Counted from the stretch's first letter, positions 32,488-41,702 are shown. The stretch is 64,000 nt of DNA from Terriglobia bacterium (GCA_963748015.1 CAVVHE010000008.1:801285-865284), one strand, 5' to 3'. Notes: generated from the sequence alone by a model not told the origin. A program made the numbers and translations.

Positions 32488-33147
32488 ATGAGATTCGTGA
32501 AGACACTGGTTCTGGTCGCGGTGGTCGCGCTGGCCGTCTCGCAGATGGCGGCGGCCGAGGAAACGAAGGTCATGAAGAACAGCCTGGGCCTGTCCGCCGG
32601 GTATCTCATGCCCACCGGCAGTCTCGACTCCGAGTTCGTCGTGGGCGAGGTTCCTGTTGCCGGGGAGCTGAAATTCGAGGACACGGGGCTGTTCGGTCTC
32701 GCCTACCAGTACCGCTTCAACGACAAGTTCAGCCTGGGTGCCTCCTTGCTCTACGGGACACCCGACCTCCGGTTCACCTCGGCGGACAAGAGCGGGGGGG
32801 TCGGAAACGCGACGTTCATGCCCCTCCTGCTCGACGCGAATCTGCACGTCCTGAAGCGCACCGGGAAGGTGGACTTCTATCTCGGCCCGACCGTCGGCTA
32901 CGCCACGTGGGGCGACTACAAGCCGGCCGACTACGCGGACGAGCTCGCCATCACGGAATCCCAGCCGCTGAAGAGCGATTTCGTGTACGGCCTCAATTTC
33001 GCCCTCGACGTTCCGTTCAAGTCCAACTGGGCGTTCAACGCGAACGTGCGCTATCTCTGGGCGAAGGCCGAGCAGGACACCGCCGAGGGGTACAGCGTCG
33101 ACGTGAACCCCTGGATCCTAACGCTCGGCGTTTCCTACAAGTTCTAA
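32488..33147 (+). CDS. OmpW-like outer-membrane beta-barrel protein, paralog 2
   Basis: Track ORF 32446..33147. Start ATG 32488 after GAGGAGGAG. The signal peptide is MRFVKTLVLVAVVALAVSQMAAA. Collinear with paralog 1 (GLAYQYRFNDKFSLGASLL vs GVAYQYRLNEKFSLGATLL) and ends LGVSYKF. Confidence 0.8.
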   Translation: MRFVKTLVLVAVVALAVSQMAAAEETKVMKNSLGLSAGYLMPTGSLDSEFVVGEVPVAGELKFEDTGLFGLAYQYRFNDKFSLGASLLYGTPDLRFTSADKSGGVGNATFMPLLLDANLHVLKRTGKVDFYLGPTVGYATWGDYKPADYADELAITESQPLKSDFVYGLNFALDVPFKSNWAFNANVRYLWAKAEQDTAEGYSVDVNPWILTLGVSYKF

Positions 33148-33171
33148 GAATCAGGGACAGCTACCACCGAG

Positions 33172-33204
33172 AGGGACAGCAACCCGTGTAGGGTTGCTGT
33201 CCCT
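33172..33204. terminator. Bidirectional stem-loop terminator between convergent genes
   Basis: Perfect 14-bp stem AGGGACAGCAACCC (33172-33185), loop GTGTA, GGGTTGCTGTCCCT (33191-33204). It lies 25 nt after the OmpW-like stop and 28 nt after the stop of the minus-strand gene. Confidence 0.7.
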
Positions 33205-33231
33205 ACCTCCAGTTCTTCTCGTTTCTCCGGT

Positions 33232-34056
33232 CTAGACCTCGAGCGTTCCCAGCTCGAGCAGGCGCGGGCACGGCGGCACGGCTTGCGCGCCGTCGGCCAG
33301 GAGCGCCGCGAGAAACCCCTCCGCCGGCGGCGCCGCGAGCGAGTCGAGGACTTCCGTCGGCCTGGTGGCGTCCTTGTCGATCGGGTCTGCCTGGACGCCC
33401 AGGAAATCGCGCACCATGGTCGAGTAGAGGTCGAGCGCGGCGCCGTCGGACGCGAAAGGCACGAGGGAGATCCCGGGCAGGCTTTCCGCCAGGTCGCGCG
33501 AGAGGCGGAAGGCCGCGTGCACGGCGCAATCCCCGCCGTCGAGCGGGACGATGAGCCCGCGCGCGAGGAACGCCGCCCTCGTCAGGGATTGCCGGTCGGA
33601 GAAGGGGATGCGGACGAGCAGCAAGTCGCAGCCGGCCTCGTGCCGGCGGAGGCGCTCGATGACGGCCGCGACGGTGGCCGGATCCTCCCCGCGGAGCGCA
33701 CCCAGCCCGCACGGCAAGGACGCGAGCGGGATCGCGGTTCGGGCCTCGGGAGCCGCCCCGGCGCCGGGGTCCGCGGCCGCGGATGGCTGCGCAGGGTCGA
33801 AGTCCACGATCGCGACCTTGCGGCCCGCGGAGAGCCCCCAGCGCGCGATCGCCGCGAGGGCGTCTCGCCCCGAGTCCGGGCCGGCCCCGGCGACGACGAG
33901 CATGCGCCTCGCGTCCGGCTCGGCGAGAGACCCCGCCGGGAGCGGCGAGACGGCCAGCGCCGGCGAGCGAGCGCCGCGCTCGCGGCTCATCAACCGGTCG
34001 AGCACTCCCGCGAGCGGGTGGTCGCCGGCCTCGGTTTCCTCGGCGGGGCGGCGCAA
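33232..34056 (-). CDS. Degenerate ParA/MinD-like protein (Walker A lost)
   Basis: 274 aa. RMLVVAGAGPDSGRDALAAIARWGLSAGRKVAIVDFDP aligns with the upstream ParA RILAIVNQKGGCGKTTTAIQLASCLAAAGHRTVLVDLDP, but GKT is replaced by GRD. A Walker-B-like DLLLVRIP is present. The TTG start lies 2 nt after the ParA stop (alternative ATG at codon 23). Confidence 0.65.
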   Translation of the reverse strand: MRRPAEETEAGDHPLAGVLDRLMSRERGARSPALAVSPLPAGSLAEPDARRMLVVAGAGPDSGRDALAAIARWGLSAGRKVAIVDFDPAQPSAAADPGAGAAPEARTAIPLASLPCGLGALRGEDPATVAAVIERLRRHEAGCDLLLVRIPFSDRQSLTRAAFLARGLIVPLDGGDCAVHAAFRLSRDLAESLPGISLVPFASDGAALDLYSTMVRDFLGVQADPIDKDATRPTEVLDSLAAPPAEGFLAALLADGAQAVPPCPRLLELGTLEV

Positions 34057-34058
34057 GA

Positions 34059-35141
34059 TCAGACGTCCAGCACGGAATTCCTGGTGCCGACCTCGTTCAC
34101 GACCTGCTTGGAGTTCAGGGGGTCCACGATCCAGCGGCCGCCGACGACGAGCTTGTACTCGTAGCGGCCGGGCTTGAGCGGCAGGAACTTCGTCCAGCTC
34201 CCGTCCTCGTGCTTCTCCAGCAGGACGCCGGCGTCGGGAACCCAGCCGTTGAAGTCGCCGGCCACGAGCACGTCCTCGGGGGCGACGTCGCTACGGGAGA
34301 GGTGGATTCCGTCCTGCGACACGACGAGGCCCTGCGCGGGCGAGAGCCGCGCCGCGTCGGCCGTCTCGGCGGGGGCGGATCGCTCGATCTCCGCGGCGAG
34401 CGCGCGGTAGTCCTCGACGATCGCCGCGTGCGAGGCGTAGCGGTCCACCGGGAGGCCGCGGGCGGCGGCCTCGCGCACCCTCACGCTCGACCGGACCACC
34501 GTTTCGAGCGCCAGCTCCGGGAACCTCGACCGGATCTCCTCGAGCGTCTGCCGCGCGAAGTTCGAGCGCCCGTCGAACGCGTTCACGAGGATTCGCACCC
34601 GGGCCGCGTGACGCCTGCGCTTGGCCAGGAGGTCCACCAACTCCATCAGGCGCACCAGGCCGTGCATCGAGTAGAGGCTCGGCTCGACCGGGACCAAGAC
34701 CTCGTGCGCGGCCATGAGGGCGTTGAGGGTCAGCAGGCCGAGGGAAGGCGGGCCGTCGATCACGACGCGGTCCGCTCGGCCCGTCAGGGCGACGAGGTGC
34801 TCGGCGAGCCTCTCCTCGCCTCCCGGCGCGCGCGCCAACTCGGGCTCGAGCGCCGCCAGCTCGGCTCCGGACGGGGCAAGCGACAGGTTCTCCGCTACCT
34901 CGACGAGAACTTCCGTGATCGGGACCGCGTCCTCCTGGAGGCCGGACCGGGAAAGGACCCGCGCAAGGGAGCTTTCCCCGGCGGGGGCCGGGGCGCCCAG
35001 CCCCAGGGTCGCGTGTCCCTGGGGATCGAGGTCGACCAGGACGGTGCGATGGCCGGCGGCGGCGAGACAGGAGGCCAGCTGGATCGCGGTCGTGGTCTTG
35101 CCGCAGCCGCCCTTCTGATTCACGATAGCCAGGATGCGCAC
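34059..35141 (-). CDS. ParA/MinD-family ATPase fused to a C-terminal AMPK-beta/CBM48 glycogen-binding module
   Basis: GTG start at 35141 with GGGGGG 7 nt upstream. Deviant Walker A NQKGGCGKTT. The C-terminal 85 aa, DVLVAGDFNGWVPDAGVLLEKHEDGSWTKFLPLKPGRYEYKLVVGGRWIVDPLNSKQVVNEVGTRNSVLDV, match the GxFNxW...G.YxYKF.VDG.W..DP...G..N pattern of AMPK1_CBM/CBM48. Confidence 0.85.
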   Translation of the reverse strand: MRILAIVNQKGGCGKTTTAIQLASCLAAAGHRTVLVDLDPQGHATLGLGAPAPAGESSLARVLSRSGLQEDAVPITEVLVEVAENLSLAPSGAELAALEPELARAPGGEERLAEHLVALTGRADRVVIDGPPSLGLLTLNALMAAHEVLVPVEPSLYSMHGLVRLMELVDLLAKRRRHAARVRILVNAFDGRSNFARQTLEEIRSRFPELALETVVRSSVRVREAAARGLPVDRYASHAAIVEDYRALAAEIERSAPAETADAARLSPAQGLVVSQDGIHLSRSDVAPEDVLVAGDFNGWVPDAGVLLEKHEDGSWTKFLPLKPGRYEYKLVVGGRWIVDPLNSKQVVNEVGTRNSVLDV

Positions 35142-35342
35142 GTTGTTACCCCCCTTGCCGACCGCTCGCGAGGGCGCCGTGTCGCTCGCATCGCCGGCTG
35201 CTTCGAGCGGCCTCCGCGAACCCCTTCGGCTTCACTTCTCCGGGCAGCGAGTCTAGGACCCTCCCGCGTCCCGGGTCAAGACGGGCCGGGGGATTTTGAG
35301 GTAGTCTGTAGAAGGGGCTTTTTCGGGTCGGGAGATCCTGCG

Positions 35343-36887
35343 GTGTGGCGATTCGAGACGGATGACGCCGGCGCGGTCGAAACATGGCTCCTCGGGGCCG
35401 GCGCGGCACTCGGGGCGGCGATCGAGCCCTCGGGCGGGACCGAGGAGCACGACGTCTTCGCCGATACGGAGGCGAGGGCGTTCGAGCGCGCGGGGTACGC
35501 GCTCCGGATGCGGAAGAACGGCTCCCGGATCGAAGCCGTCCTGCTGCCGCTCCACCCCGGCGGAGAGGAATCCGAGCCCCTGCCCCTCGCGTCGGGCGAC
35601 GCCGAGGACCTGAAGCGATCGCCCGATCCGCTCGGGGAGCGCATCCGCGCGGTGGCTGGATTGCGCGCGATTCGACCGGTTCTCGAGGGCACGACCCGCC
35701 GCCGCCTGTTCGCGCTGCGGCTGAAGGGCCGCCGTTGCGGCGAGCTCGAGATCGAGGAGATCACGGCGCAGCGTCCCGGCGGGAAGATCGCCTCGGCGTT
35801 CGCACGGGTTCGCCTCGAGGGGATCGAGCCGGACGATCCCGCCCTTGCGAAATTCGCCGCCGCGCTCGAGAACGGCTGCGGCCTCGCCCGCGCGGGCGGA
35901 ACGGTCTTCTCGTCGGCGCTCCACCGCCTCGGCGTCGCGCCCCCGCCTCCGCCGGTCCCGGGGCCGTTCACCGCCGAGCCGGGCGATTCCGTCCGCGCGC
36001 TCGCCTATGCGGTGTTGCGGCGCCACCTCGCCTCCCTCCTGAAGAACGAGCCGGGGACCCGCCTCGGGGAGGATCCCGAGGCGCTCCACGACATGCGGGT
36101 CGCCTCGCGCCGCCTGCGCGCGGCGCTTGCCCTCTTCGGCGAGGTCCTCCCCGTGCGAGCGCACGTTTTCCGCCGCAGGCTCGGCCGCATCGGCCGCGCC
36201 CTCGGCGAGGTCCGGGATCTCGACGTCCAGCTCGAGCAGCTCGAGGAGTTCCTGCGCGAGGCGCCGGCGAGCGAGAGGCTGGCGATGCAGGCCTACCTCG
36301 CGACCGTGGTCCAGCGCCGGGGACGGGCCAGGCGGAGGATGCTCCGCGTGCTGGACTCGCGCGGGTACGTCCGTCTCGTCGAGTCGTTCCGCACCTTCGT
36401 CGAGCGGGAGCCGCCCTCGAGGCCCCCCGCGGCGCGGCGTCCCGCGCTCGCCGCGGCTCCGGATCTCATCCTGCGCTCCTACAGGAAGGCCACGCGGATC
36501 GGCGACCGCCTGACCCCCGCTTCTCCGGCCGCCGAATGGCACGCCCTCCGGATCGCCCTCAAGCGGCTTCGCTACGCGCTCGAATTCCACGCGAGTCTCT
36601 ACGGCCCCGACGCGTCCGCCGTGATCGAGGCGCTCGTGGCGCTGCAGGACCTCCTGGGGCTGCACCAGGACGCCCAGGTGGCCATGGCGCACCTCGAGGA
36701 CATGTGCGGGCCGAGGGGAAGGCGGCTAGCGCGCGGCGCCGCCTTTGCCATGGGACGGGTCGCGCAGCGTTACGCGGAACGCGCGGAGGACTTGCGAGCG
36801 GCCTTCCCGAAGCTCTACAGGAGTGTCCGGGGCAAGCGGTGGCGGCGACTCCGCGAGGCGATGAAGAGGGCCCGCCCCCACCTGTGA
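35343..36887 (+). CDS. CYTH-CHAD domain protein (YgiF-like triphosphatase / polyphosphate-associated)
   Basis: In the frame of track ORF 33783..36887. Start placed at GTG 35343. The N-terminal CYTH-like region (E.E..F...) precedes CHAD helices: EALHDMRVASRRLRAALALF..., WHALRIALKRLRYALEF..., LQDLLGLHQDAQV. Confidence 0.8.
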   Translation: MWRFETDDAGAVETWLLGAGAALGAAIEPSGGTEEHDVFADTEARAFERAGYALRMRKNGSRIEAVLLPLHPGGEESEPLPLASGDAEDLKRSPDPLGERIRAVAGLRAIRPVLEGTTRRRLFALRLKGRRCGELEIEEITAQRPGGKIASAFARVRLEGIEPDDPALAKFAAALENGCGLARAGGTVFSSALHRLGVAPPPPPVPGPFTAEPGDSVRALAYAVLRRHLASLLKNEPGTRLGEDPEALHDMRVASRRLRAALALFGEVLPVRAHVFRRRLGRIGRALGEVRDLDVQLEQLEEFLREAPASERLAMQAYLATVVQRRGRARRRMLRVLDSRGYVRLVESFRTFVEREPPSRPPAARRPALAAAPDLILRSYRKATRIGDRLTPASPAAEWHALRIALKRLRYALEFHASLYGPDASAVIEALVALQDLLGLHQDAQVAMAHLEDMCGPRGRRLARGAAFAMGRVAQRYAERAEDLRAAFPKLYRSVRGKRWRRLREAMKRARPHL

Positions 36888-36912
36888 GTCGAAGCCGCTC
36901 GCGCCGGCCGTC

Positions 36913-38973
36913 CTACTTGTAGCCCGCGTCGAGCGCCTTGCGGGCCTCCCGGAGGAGCGTTCCCGAGGAGACCGGGGCCCCGACGGCCCCGCGCATCCAC
37001 GCGTCGGGCGTTAGACGTCCCTGGCGGGCCATGCGCTCGAACTCGGCGCCGAAGCCCCCGGACCGAAGTTTCTCGGCGATCTGGAACGCGACGATGTGCC
37101 CGACGGCATAGTCGGGGAGGTAGAGCGGGTAGGCGATCATGTGCGAGTAGATCGCGAGGATCTCGCGGTCCTTGACGCCGAAGACCGGCGCATAGAACCG
37201 GTTCCATACGTCCCGCGCGATGGACAGCGTCGCCTGCCTCAGCTCCGCCGGCCTCGCGTCCGGGTGGGCGTAGAGCCAGTTCCAGACCCCCATGTCCACG
37301 AGCGAGACGCCGCCGATCTCGTAAACGGCCCAGAGCGTCGCCAGCGCATCGCGGCTTCTCGAATCCTCGGCGGGTGCCGGGAGCCCCAGGATTTCCAGGT
37401 CGCGCTCCTGGAAGGTGAAGGCCAGGGCCTCCGTGAACGCGTTGTTCGGCACGCCGTAGAGCGGCCAGTGATCGATCCCGTTCAGGGAGAACACCTGCTC
37501 GGCATTGTGCCCGAACTCGTGGACGGCGATGCTGTATCCCTTGTAGTTCATCCCGCCGGTCGGGATCCTCGTCCGTAGATGCGCCTTGTCCTCGCGGCGC
37601 ACGGCCCCGGACGCGTGCCCCGCGCCCCGCGACGGGTCCACCACCACGCGCTCGGCGACCCAGTCCGCGCGGTCCCGAGCGAAGCCGAGCCGGATCAGGA
37701 TACCCGCGAGGTCGGCCTGGAACGCGGCGACCGTCGGGTACTTCTCGCGGACGATGCGGTCGAGCTCTTCCTCGCTGCGCGCGCCGCGGGGCTTGAACCC
37801 CGAGTACCAGATGTCGAGCGGCTCCAGCCGGCGGCCGAGTCGCTTCTCGACGACCCTTGCGAGGTCCCGGACCTCGGGGGACTCGAGCACGGAGACCAGC
37901 AGCGCCTGGACCTGCGGCTCGGGGATCTGGCGGTCGAGCTCGAATCGCCGCGCGATGTAGGTCGGGGCGGTGGGAGCGTATGGATCGGCCTTGCGCACCG
38001 CCCTGAAGGCGTCGAGCAGCCGCGCGTAGCGCGTGTCCGGCTCGCGGGCTTCCGCCTTCTCCGGGAGCGTGACCTTGGCATCGGGATACTCCCGGACCTC
38101 GTTGGTCTCGGGACACCAGAGGAGGTCGGGGTTGTCGATCACCGCCGCCGGGATCTCCTGGCGGACGATCCGCTCCATGACCTTCTGGATCATCCGCTGC
38201 TTCGCGAGGCCGTCGGCCTCCGCGTAGTGCGACGCGAGCTCGTCACGGAGACCCCAGTGGGTGATCAGCCGGAGGTCGTCGGGAAACAGGCGCTTGCCGT
38301 CGGGGGTCACGAGCCGCCCCATCCGGATGTAGTAGCCGGCGATGTACTGGTCTCCCGCCGTGAACGCGCGGGTGATCTCCTGGCTCACGGCGGAGGGAAC
38401 GCGCTGCGCGAAGCGGTCCATGAGACGCGACCGCGCCCACGTTTCTCGATCCCACGAGGCGCCGTTCGCGAGGCGCTCCGCCAGCGTGTTCACCGGGAAG
38501 TTGAGCAGGGCGAGAAACGCCACCTTCGTGCGGAAAAGGTCGTCGTCCACGTGCGCCGCGAGGTCGAGGTCGCCGAGCAGTCGGTCCACCTTCTCGATCG
38601 GGCCGGTATCGAGGTCGAGCGGGGTCAAGAGCTCCCGGCGAATCTCGTGCAGGTGGCCGTCCGCCTGCTCGAGCACGGCCGAAATTCGCGCGAACGTCCG
38701 GTCGAGCTCGGGGCCGCTCGCGATGAAGTTCCCGTCGCAGAAGGCGGCGAACGACGCGGCGTCGCCGTCCTCGGACCGCCAGCGTTGGGCCGCCTCGGAA
38801 ACGCCGGAGCGGATGCGGGACGCTTCCCCCTCCCCGTGCCGGGCGACGAGCCGGGCGACGACGGCCTTGACCGTCTCCGGCGCGATGGCCGCCGCGGGGC
38901 CCGAGGCGATCGCGGCGGCCACGGCGGAGGGGAGCAGCAGGAGCGCGAGAAAGATAAGGCCGCGAGACGTCAT
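36913..38973 (-). CDS. Secreted gluzincin metallopeptidase (HEFGH; oligoendopeptidase/M3-like)
   Basis: C-terminal 686 aa of the artefactual 1265-aa track ORF. Start ATG 38973 (MTSRGLIFLALLLLPSAVAAAIA, a signal peptide). Zinc site AVHEFGHNAEQ with a downstream Glu in NAFTEALAF. Confidence 0.8.
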   Translation of the reverse strand: MTSRGLIFLALLLLPSAVAAAIASGPAAAIAPETVKAVVARLVARHGEGEASRIRSGVSEAAQRWRSEDGDAASFAAFCDGNFIASGPELDRTFARISAVLEQADGHLHEIRRELLTPLDLDTGPIEKVDRLLGDLDLAAHVDDDLFRTKVAFLALLNFPVNTLAERLANGASWDRETWARSRLMDRFAQRVPSAVSQEITRAFTAGDQYIAGYYIRMGRLVTPDGKRLFPDDLRLITHWGLRDELASHYAEADGLAKQRMIQKVMERIVRQEIPAAVIDNPDLLWCPETNEVREYPDAKVTLPEKAEAREPDTRYARLLDAFRAVRKADPYAPTAPTYIARRFELDRQIPEPQVQALLVSVLESPEVRDLARVVEKRLGRRLEPLDIWYSGFKPRGARSEEELDRIVREKYPTVAAFQADLAGILIRLGFARDRADWVAERVVVDPSRGAGHASGAVRREDKAHLRTRIPTGGMNYKGYSIAVHEFGHNAEQVFSLNGIDHWPLYGVPNNAFTEALAFTFQERDLEILGLPAPAEDSRSRDALATLWAVYEIGGVSLVDMGVWNWLYAHPDARPAELRQATLSIARDVWNRFYAPVFGVKDREILAIYSHMIAYPLYLPDYAVGHIVAFQIAEKLRSGGFGAEFERMARQGRLTPDAWMRGAVGAPVSSGTLLREARKALDAGYK

Positions 38974-38996
38974 CGGAAGGACCTCTGGAACGGCGG

Positions 38997-39947
38997 TCAG
39001 CCGCCGCCGGACAGCGAAAGCAGCCGGCGAAGGGCGTTCTCGACGGCCGTGTTCGCTTCCGCCTCCGTCGCGGCGCCGGCTTCGATCGTGACGAGGATCC
39101 GGTCGCTCGCGCGCCCGAAGCCGGGGGCGTGGCTCTTGACCCAGACCTGCGGGAACTCCTCCGTGAGGCGGTCGAGGATCGAGCGCAGGGAGGACTCGTC
39201 CGCCGTCGGGGTCTCGACCTCCCGCCGGGCCACCGCCCCCCGCGGCGCGACGTCGCGGAGGCGCTCGATGGCCGCGAGGAACACGCCGCGCGCCTCTTCC
39301 GGCACGCCGGGGAGGCAGACCACGATGACGCCGCCGGGCTTCCGGACGATCACTCCCGGCGCGGTGCCGGCCTCGTTCGGGAGCGGCTCGCCGCCGACGG
39401 GTATCGAGCACATCTTCTCGCGCGCGGGGGTCAGCCCCGGCCGCGACACCCGGCGCTCCTGGGCGAGTCTGCGATACGCCGACTCGACCATCTCCTTGGC
39501 GTGAGGATGGATCGCGAGGGGAAGGCGAAGCGCATCCGCGACGGCGCCCAAGGTCCTGTCGTCCGAGGTCGGTCCGAGCCCGCCCGTCGTGATCACGAGT
39601 CGGGCGCCCCGCTCGATCGCCTCCGTCACCGCCTCGGTGATGGCGCGATCGTGGTCGTCCACGGTCGTGATCCGGTGGACGATCGCTCCCCGCTGGCTGA
39701 GCCAGCCGGCGAGGAAACCGGCAATGGCTTCCTGGGTCCGCCCGCGGAGCAGTTCGCGCCCGACCACGATGATCTCGACGTGGAGCGGTCCGGCGCGCTC
39801 GACCTGGACCTTCGGCGAGTCCCCGGCGGGCAGATGGCGAACTCCGGTCCGGCCCCCCTGGGGGGGCCGTCGTTCCGCGTCTCGGCGTTGCGGCGGGTGC
39901 TTCTTGCGGTCCACGAGACCTCCTCGCGGCCCGGAAACATAGCACAT
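38997..39947 (-). CDS. CinA-like / MoaB-MogA fold competence-damage protein (N-terminal domain type)
   Basis: VEIIVVGRELLRGRTQEAIAGFLAGWLSQRG..., VITTGGLGPTSDDRT..., LPGVPEE. The true start may be an internal GTG (about 39809-39842), because the first ~45 aa are low complexity. Confidence 0.75.
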   Translation of the reverse strand: MCYVSGPRGGLVDRKKHPPQRRDAERRPPQGGRTGVRHLPAGDSPKVQVERAGPLHVEIIVVGRELLRGRTQEAIAGFLAGWLSQRGAIVHRITTVDDHDRAITEAVTEAIERGARLVITTGGLGPTSDDRTLGAVADALRLPLAIHPHAKEMVESAYRRLAQERRVSRPGLTPAREKMCSIPVGGEPLPNEAGTAPGVIVRKPGGVIVVCLPGVPEEARGVFLAAIERLRDVAPRGAVARREVETPTADESSLRSILDRLTEEFPQVWVKSHAPGFGRASDRILVTIEAGAATEAEANTAVENALRRLLSLSGGG

Positions 39948-39956
39948 CGGCCGCGA

Positions 39957-41180
39957 CTAGACCGAAAGGTCGCGGAACGATGCGATCCGGCGGATCACCA
40001 TCTCGATCTCGACGTCGGGGGTGGACGCTCCCGCGGTGAGACCGATCGTCACCGGTCCCGGGGGCAGCCACCCGTGCGTGACGATCTCCTCGCGCTTTCC
40101 GAACGGCTGGTGCCGGATCGCGTCCGGGCCGTCGAGGCAGGAGGCGGAGCGGATGTGAAAGGCCGGGACCTTCTCGAGCGCGATCTCGACGAGGTGCGTG
40201 GTATTCGAGGAGTTGTACCCTCCGATGACCACCACCAGGTCGAGCGGGACCTTGCCCAGCAGCGCGTGCAGCGCGTCCTGGCGTTCCTGGGTCGCGCTGC
40301 AGATCGTGTCGAACGAGCGGAAGCGCTTCGCCGCCTCGTCGGCGCCGAATCGGGCGATCATCGAGGCGCGGACCCGTTCGGCGATGGCGAGCGACTCGGT
40401 GGACAGCATCGTGGTCTGGTTGGCGCACCCGATCCGCTCGAGATCCCGGTCGGGGTCGAACCCCGTGGAGATCGCCCGTCCGAAGCGCTCGAGGAACGTG
40501 GCCCGGTTGCCGCGCCCCTCGATGTAGTCGCAGACCTGCTCGGTTTCCGCGGGATCCCGGACCACGATGCAACGGCCGAGCGGGTGCTTCAAGGCCCGCG
40601 ACGACGTGGCCCGGGTCTCCTCGTGATCGTACTTGCCGTGGATCAGCGCGGTGAACCCGTCGCGGGCGTAGTTCTCGACGTTCTTCCAGACGTTCAGCAC
40701 CGAGCCGCACGTCGTGTCCACGAGAACCGCGCCGGTCCCGCGGAGCGATTCCATGTCGGGGAGCGGCAATCCGAAGGCGGGGAGGATGACGACGTCGCCG
40801 GGTTCGAGGTCCGCGATTCGGGCGCCATCGACGCTCCCGTCGAGGAACCGGAATCCCATGTCCCGGAGGCGCTGATTCACTCCGGGATTGTGGATGATCT
40901 CGCCGGCGAGAAAGATTCGCCGGTCGGGGAACTTCTCTCGCGTCTCGTAAGCGTATTCCACGGCGCGATCGACGCCGTAGCAGAATCCGAACTCCTGCGC
41001 GAGACGGAACGAGAGGTCGCCGGCGTCGAGCCGGAACCCCCCGGACCGCATCCGTTCCACGACGTCGCTGCGGTAGTCGCGGGCGAGCTTCCCCACGATG
41101 GCCTGTTTCAGGCCGAAGCCGCGGTTGACGTACTTGGACTCGCCCATGGTCTCCCCGTGCGCTCTGCGCGAGGACTTCAT
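39957..41180 (-). CDS. ispH: 4-hydroxy-3-methylbut-2-enyl diphosphate reductase (long form)
   Basis: 407 aa. FGFCYGVDRAVEYA, TTCGSVLNVW, IVVIGGYNSSNTTHL, GLTAGASTPD. An alternative start is ATG 41147. Confidence 0.9.
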   Translation of the reverse strand: MKSSRRAHGETMGESKYVNRGFGLKQAIVGKLARDYRSDVVERMRSGGFRLDAGDLSFRLAQEFGFCYGVDRAVEYAYETREKFPDRRIFLAGEIIHNPGVNQRLRDMGFRFLDGSVDGARIADLEPGDVVILPAFGLPLPDMESLRGTGAVLVDTTCGSVLNVWKNVENYARDGFTALIHGKYDHEETRATSSRALKHPLGRCIVVRDPAETEQVCDYIEGRGNRATFLERFGRAISTGFDPDRDLERIGCANQTTMLSTESLAIAERVRASMIARFGADEAAKRFRSFDTICSATQERQDALHALLGKVPLDLVVVIGGYNSSNTTHLVEIALEKVPAFHIRSASCLDGPDAIRHQPFGKREEIVTHGWLPPGPVTIGLTAGASTPDVEIEMVIRRIASFRDLSV

Positions 41181-41202
41181 CGCAGGCCCGGGGAAGCGTC
41201 CG

Positions 41203-41553
41203 TCAGGGGGCGTGCTTCTCGGCGTCCGCGACGATGTCCTCGAAGGTGTTGACCTTCTTCTCGCCCGCGCCCTGCTGGGCCTTGGGCGTCGGCGTCGCGG
41301 GGGTCTTCGCGGACGCGCCCTGCGCTGCCGGCGCCGCGGGTGCGGCGGTGGTCCCGGCCTGGGTGGTCTGGGGCTTCTTTTTCTTCTTGGCCTTGGTGTT
41401 GGGGTCCTGCGCGTCCTTCTTCGTGTCGTCGGCGGGGGCCGCCGGTGCGGCGTCGGAGGTCGTGGCGCGCGCGGCGCTCATCGGGGCCAGAACCAAGAAG
41501 CCGGCCAGCGCCAGCAAGAAAACTCGACGGAACTCTCCGAATCGGCAGACCAT
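41203..41553 (-). CDS. Small secreted Lys/Ala/Pro-rich protein (hypothetical)
   Basis: 116 aa. Signal-peptide-like FRRVFLLALAGFLVLAPMSAARA followed by low complexity (KAKKKKKPQTTQAG...). Same strand as its neighbours. Confidence 0.5.
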   Translation of the reverse strand: MVCRFGEFRRVFLLALAGFLVLAPMSAARATTSDAAPAAPADDTKKDAQDPNTKAKKKKKPQTTQAGTTAAPAAPAAQGASAKTPATPTPKAQQGAGEKKVNTFEDIVADAEKHAP

Positions 41554-41702
41554 GCTTTTCTCCTCGACCCGCCCCGGGGCGGAAGCCTAAACCCCGGAGA
41601 CCGGGGCGACCCCTTCGAAAATACGACGGACCCGGCCGCGCGGCAAGTCGCCCCCCGCCGGGCGACCCGTGGCTCGATCCCCGTCCGGAGGGGCGCTCGT
41701 TC

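Noticed and set aside
26739-33203. Identical 12-mer GGTTGCTGTCCC at 26739-26750 and 33192-33203 (plus GGGACAG strings near 26607-26660) as a second dispersed repeat family
   Set aside because: In 64 kb of compositionally biased DNA many 12-mer coincidences are expected by chance. The surrounding sequences do not align, so I treat them as independent hairpins.
36913-40710. 1265-aa ORF presented as one protein
   Set aside because: Only the last 686 aa (from ATG 38973, with a signal peptide) look like a real protein (HEFGH peptidase). The upstream 579 aa are Arg/Gly/Pro junk running out of frame across the cinA-like and ispH genes, which are on the same strand.
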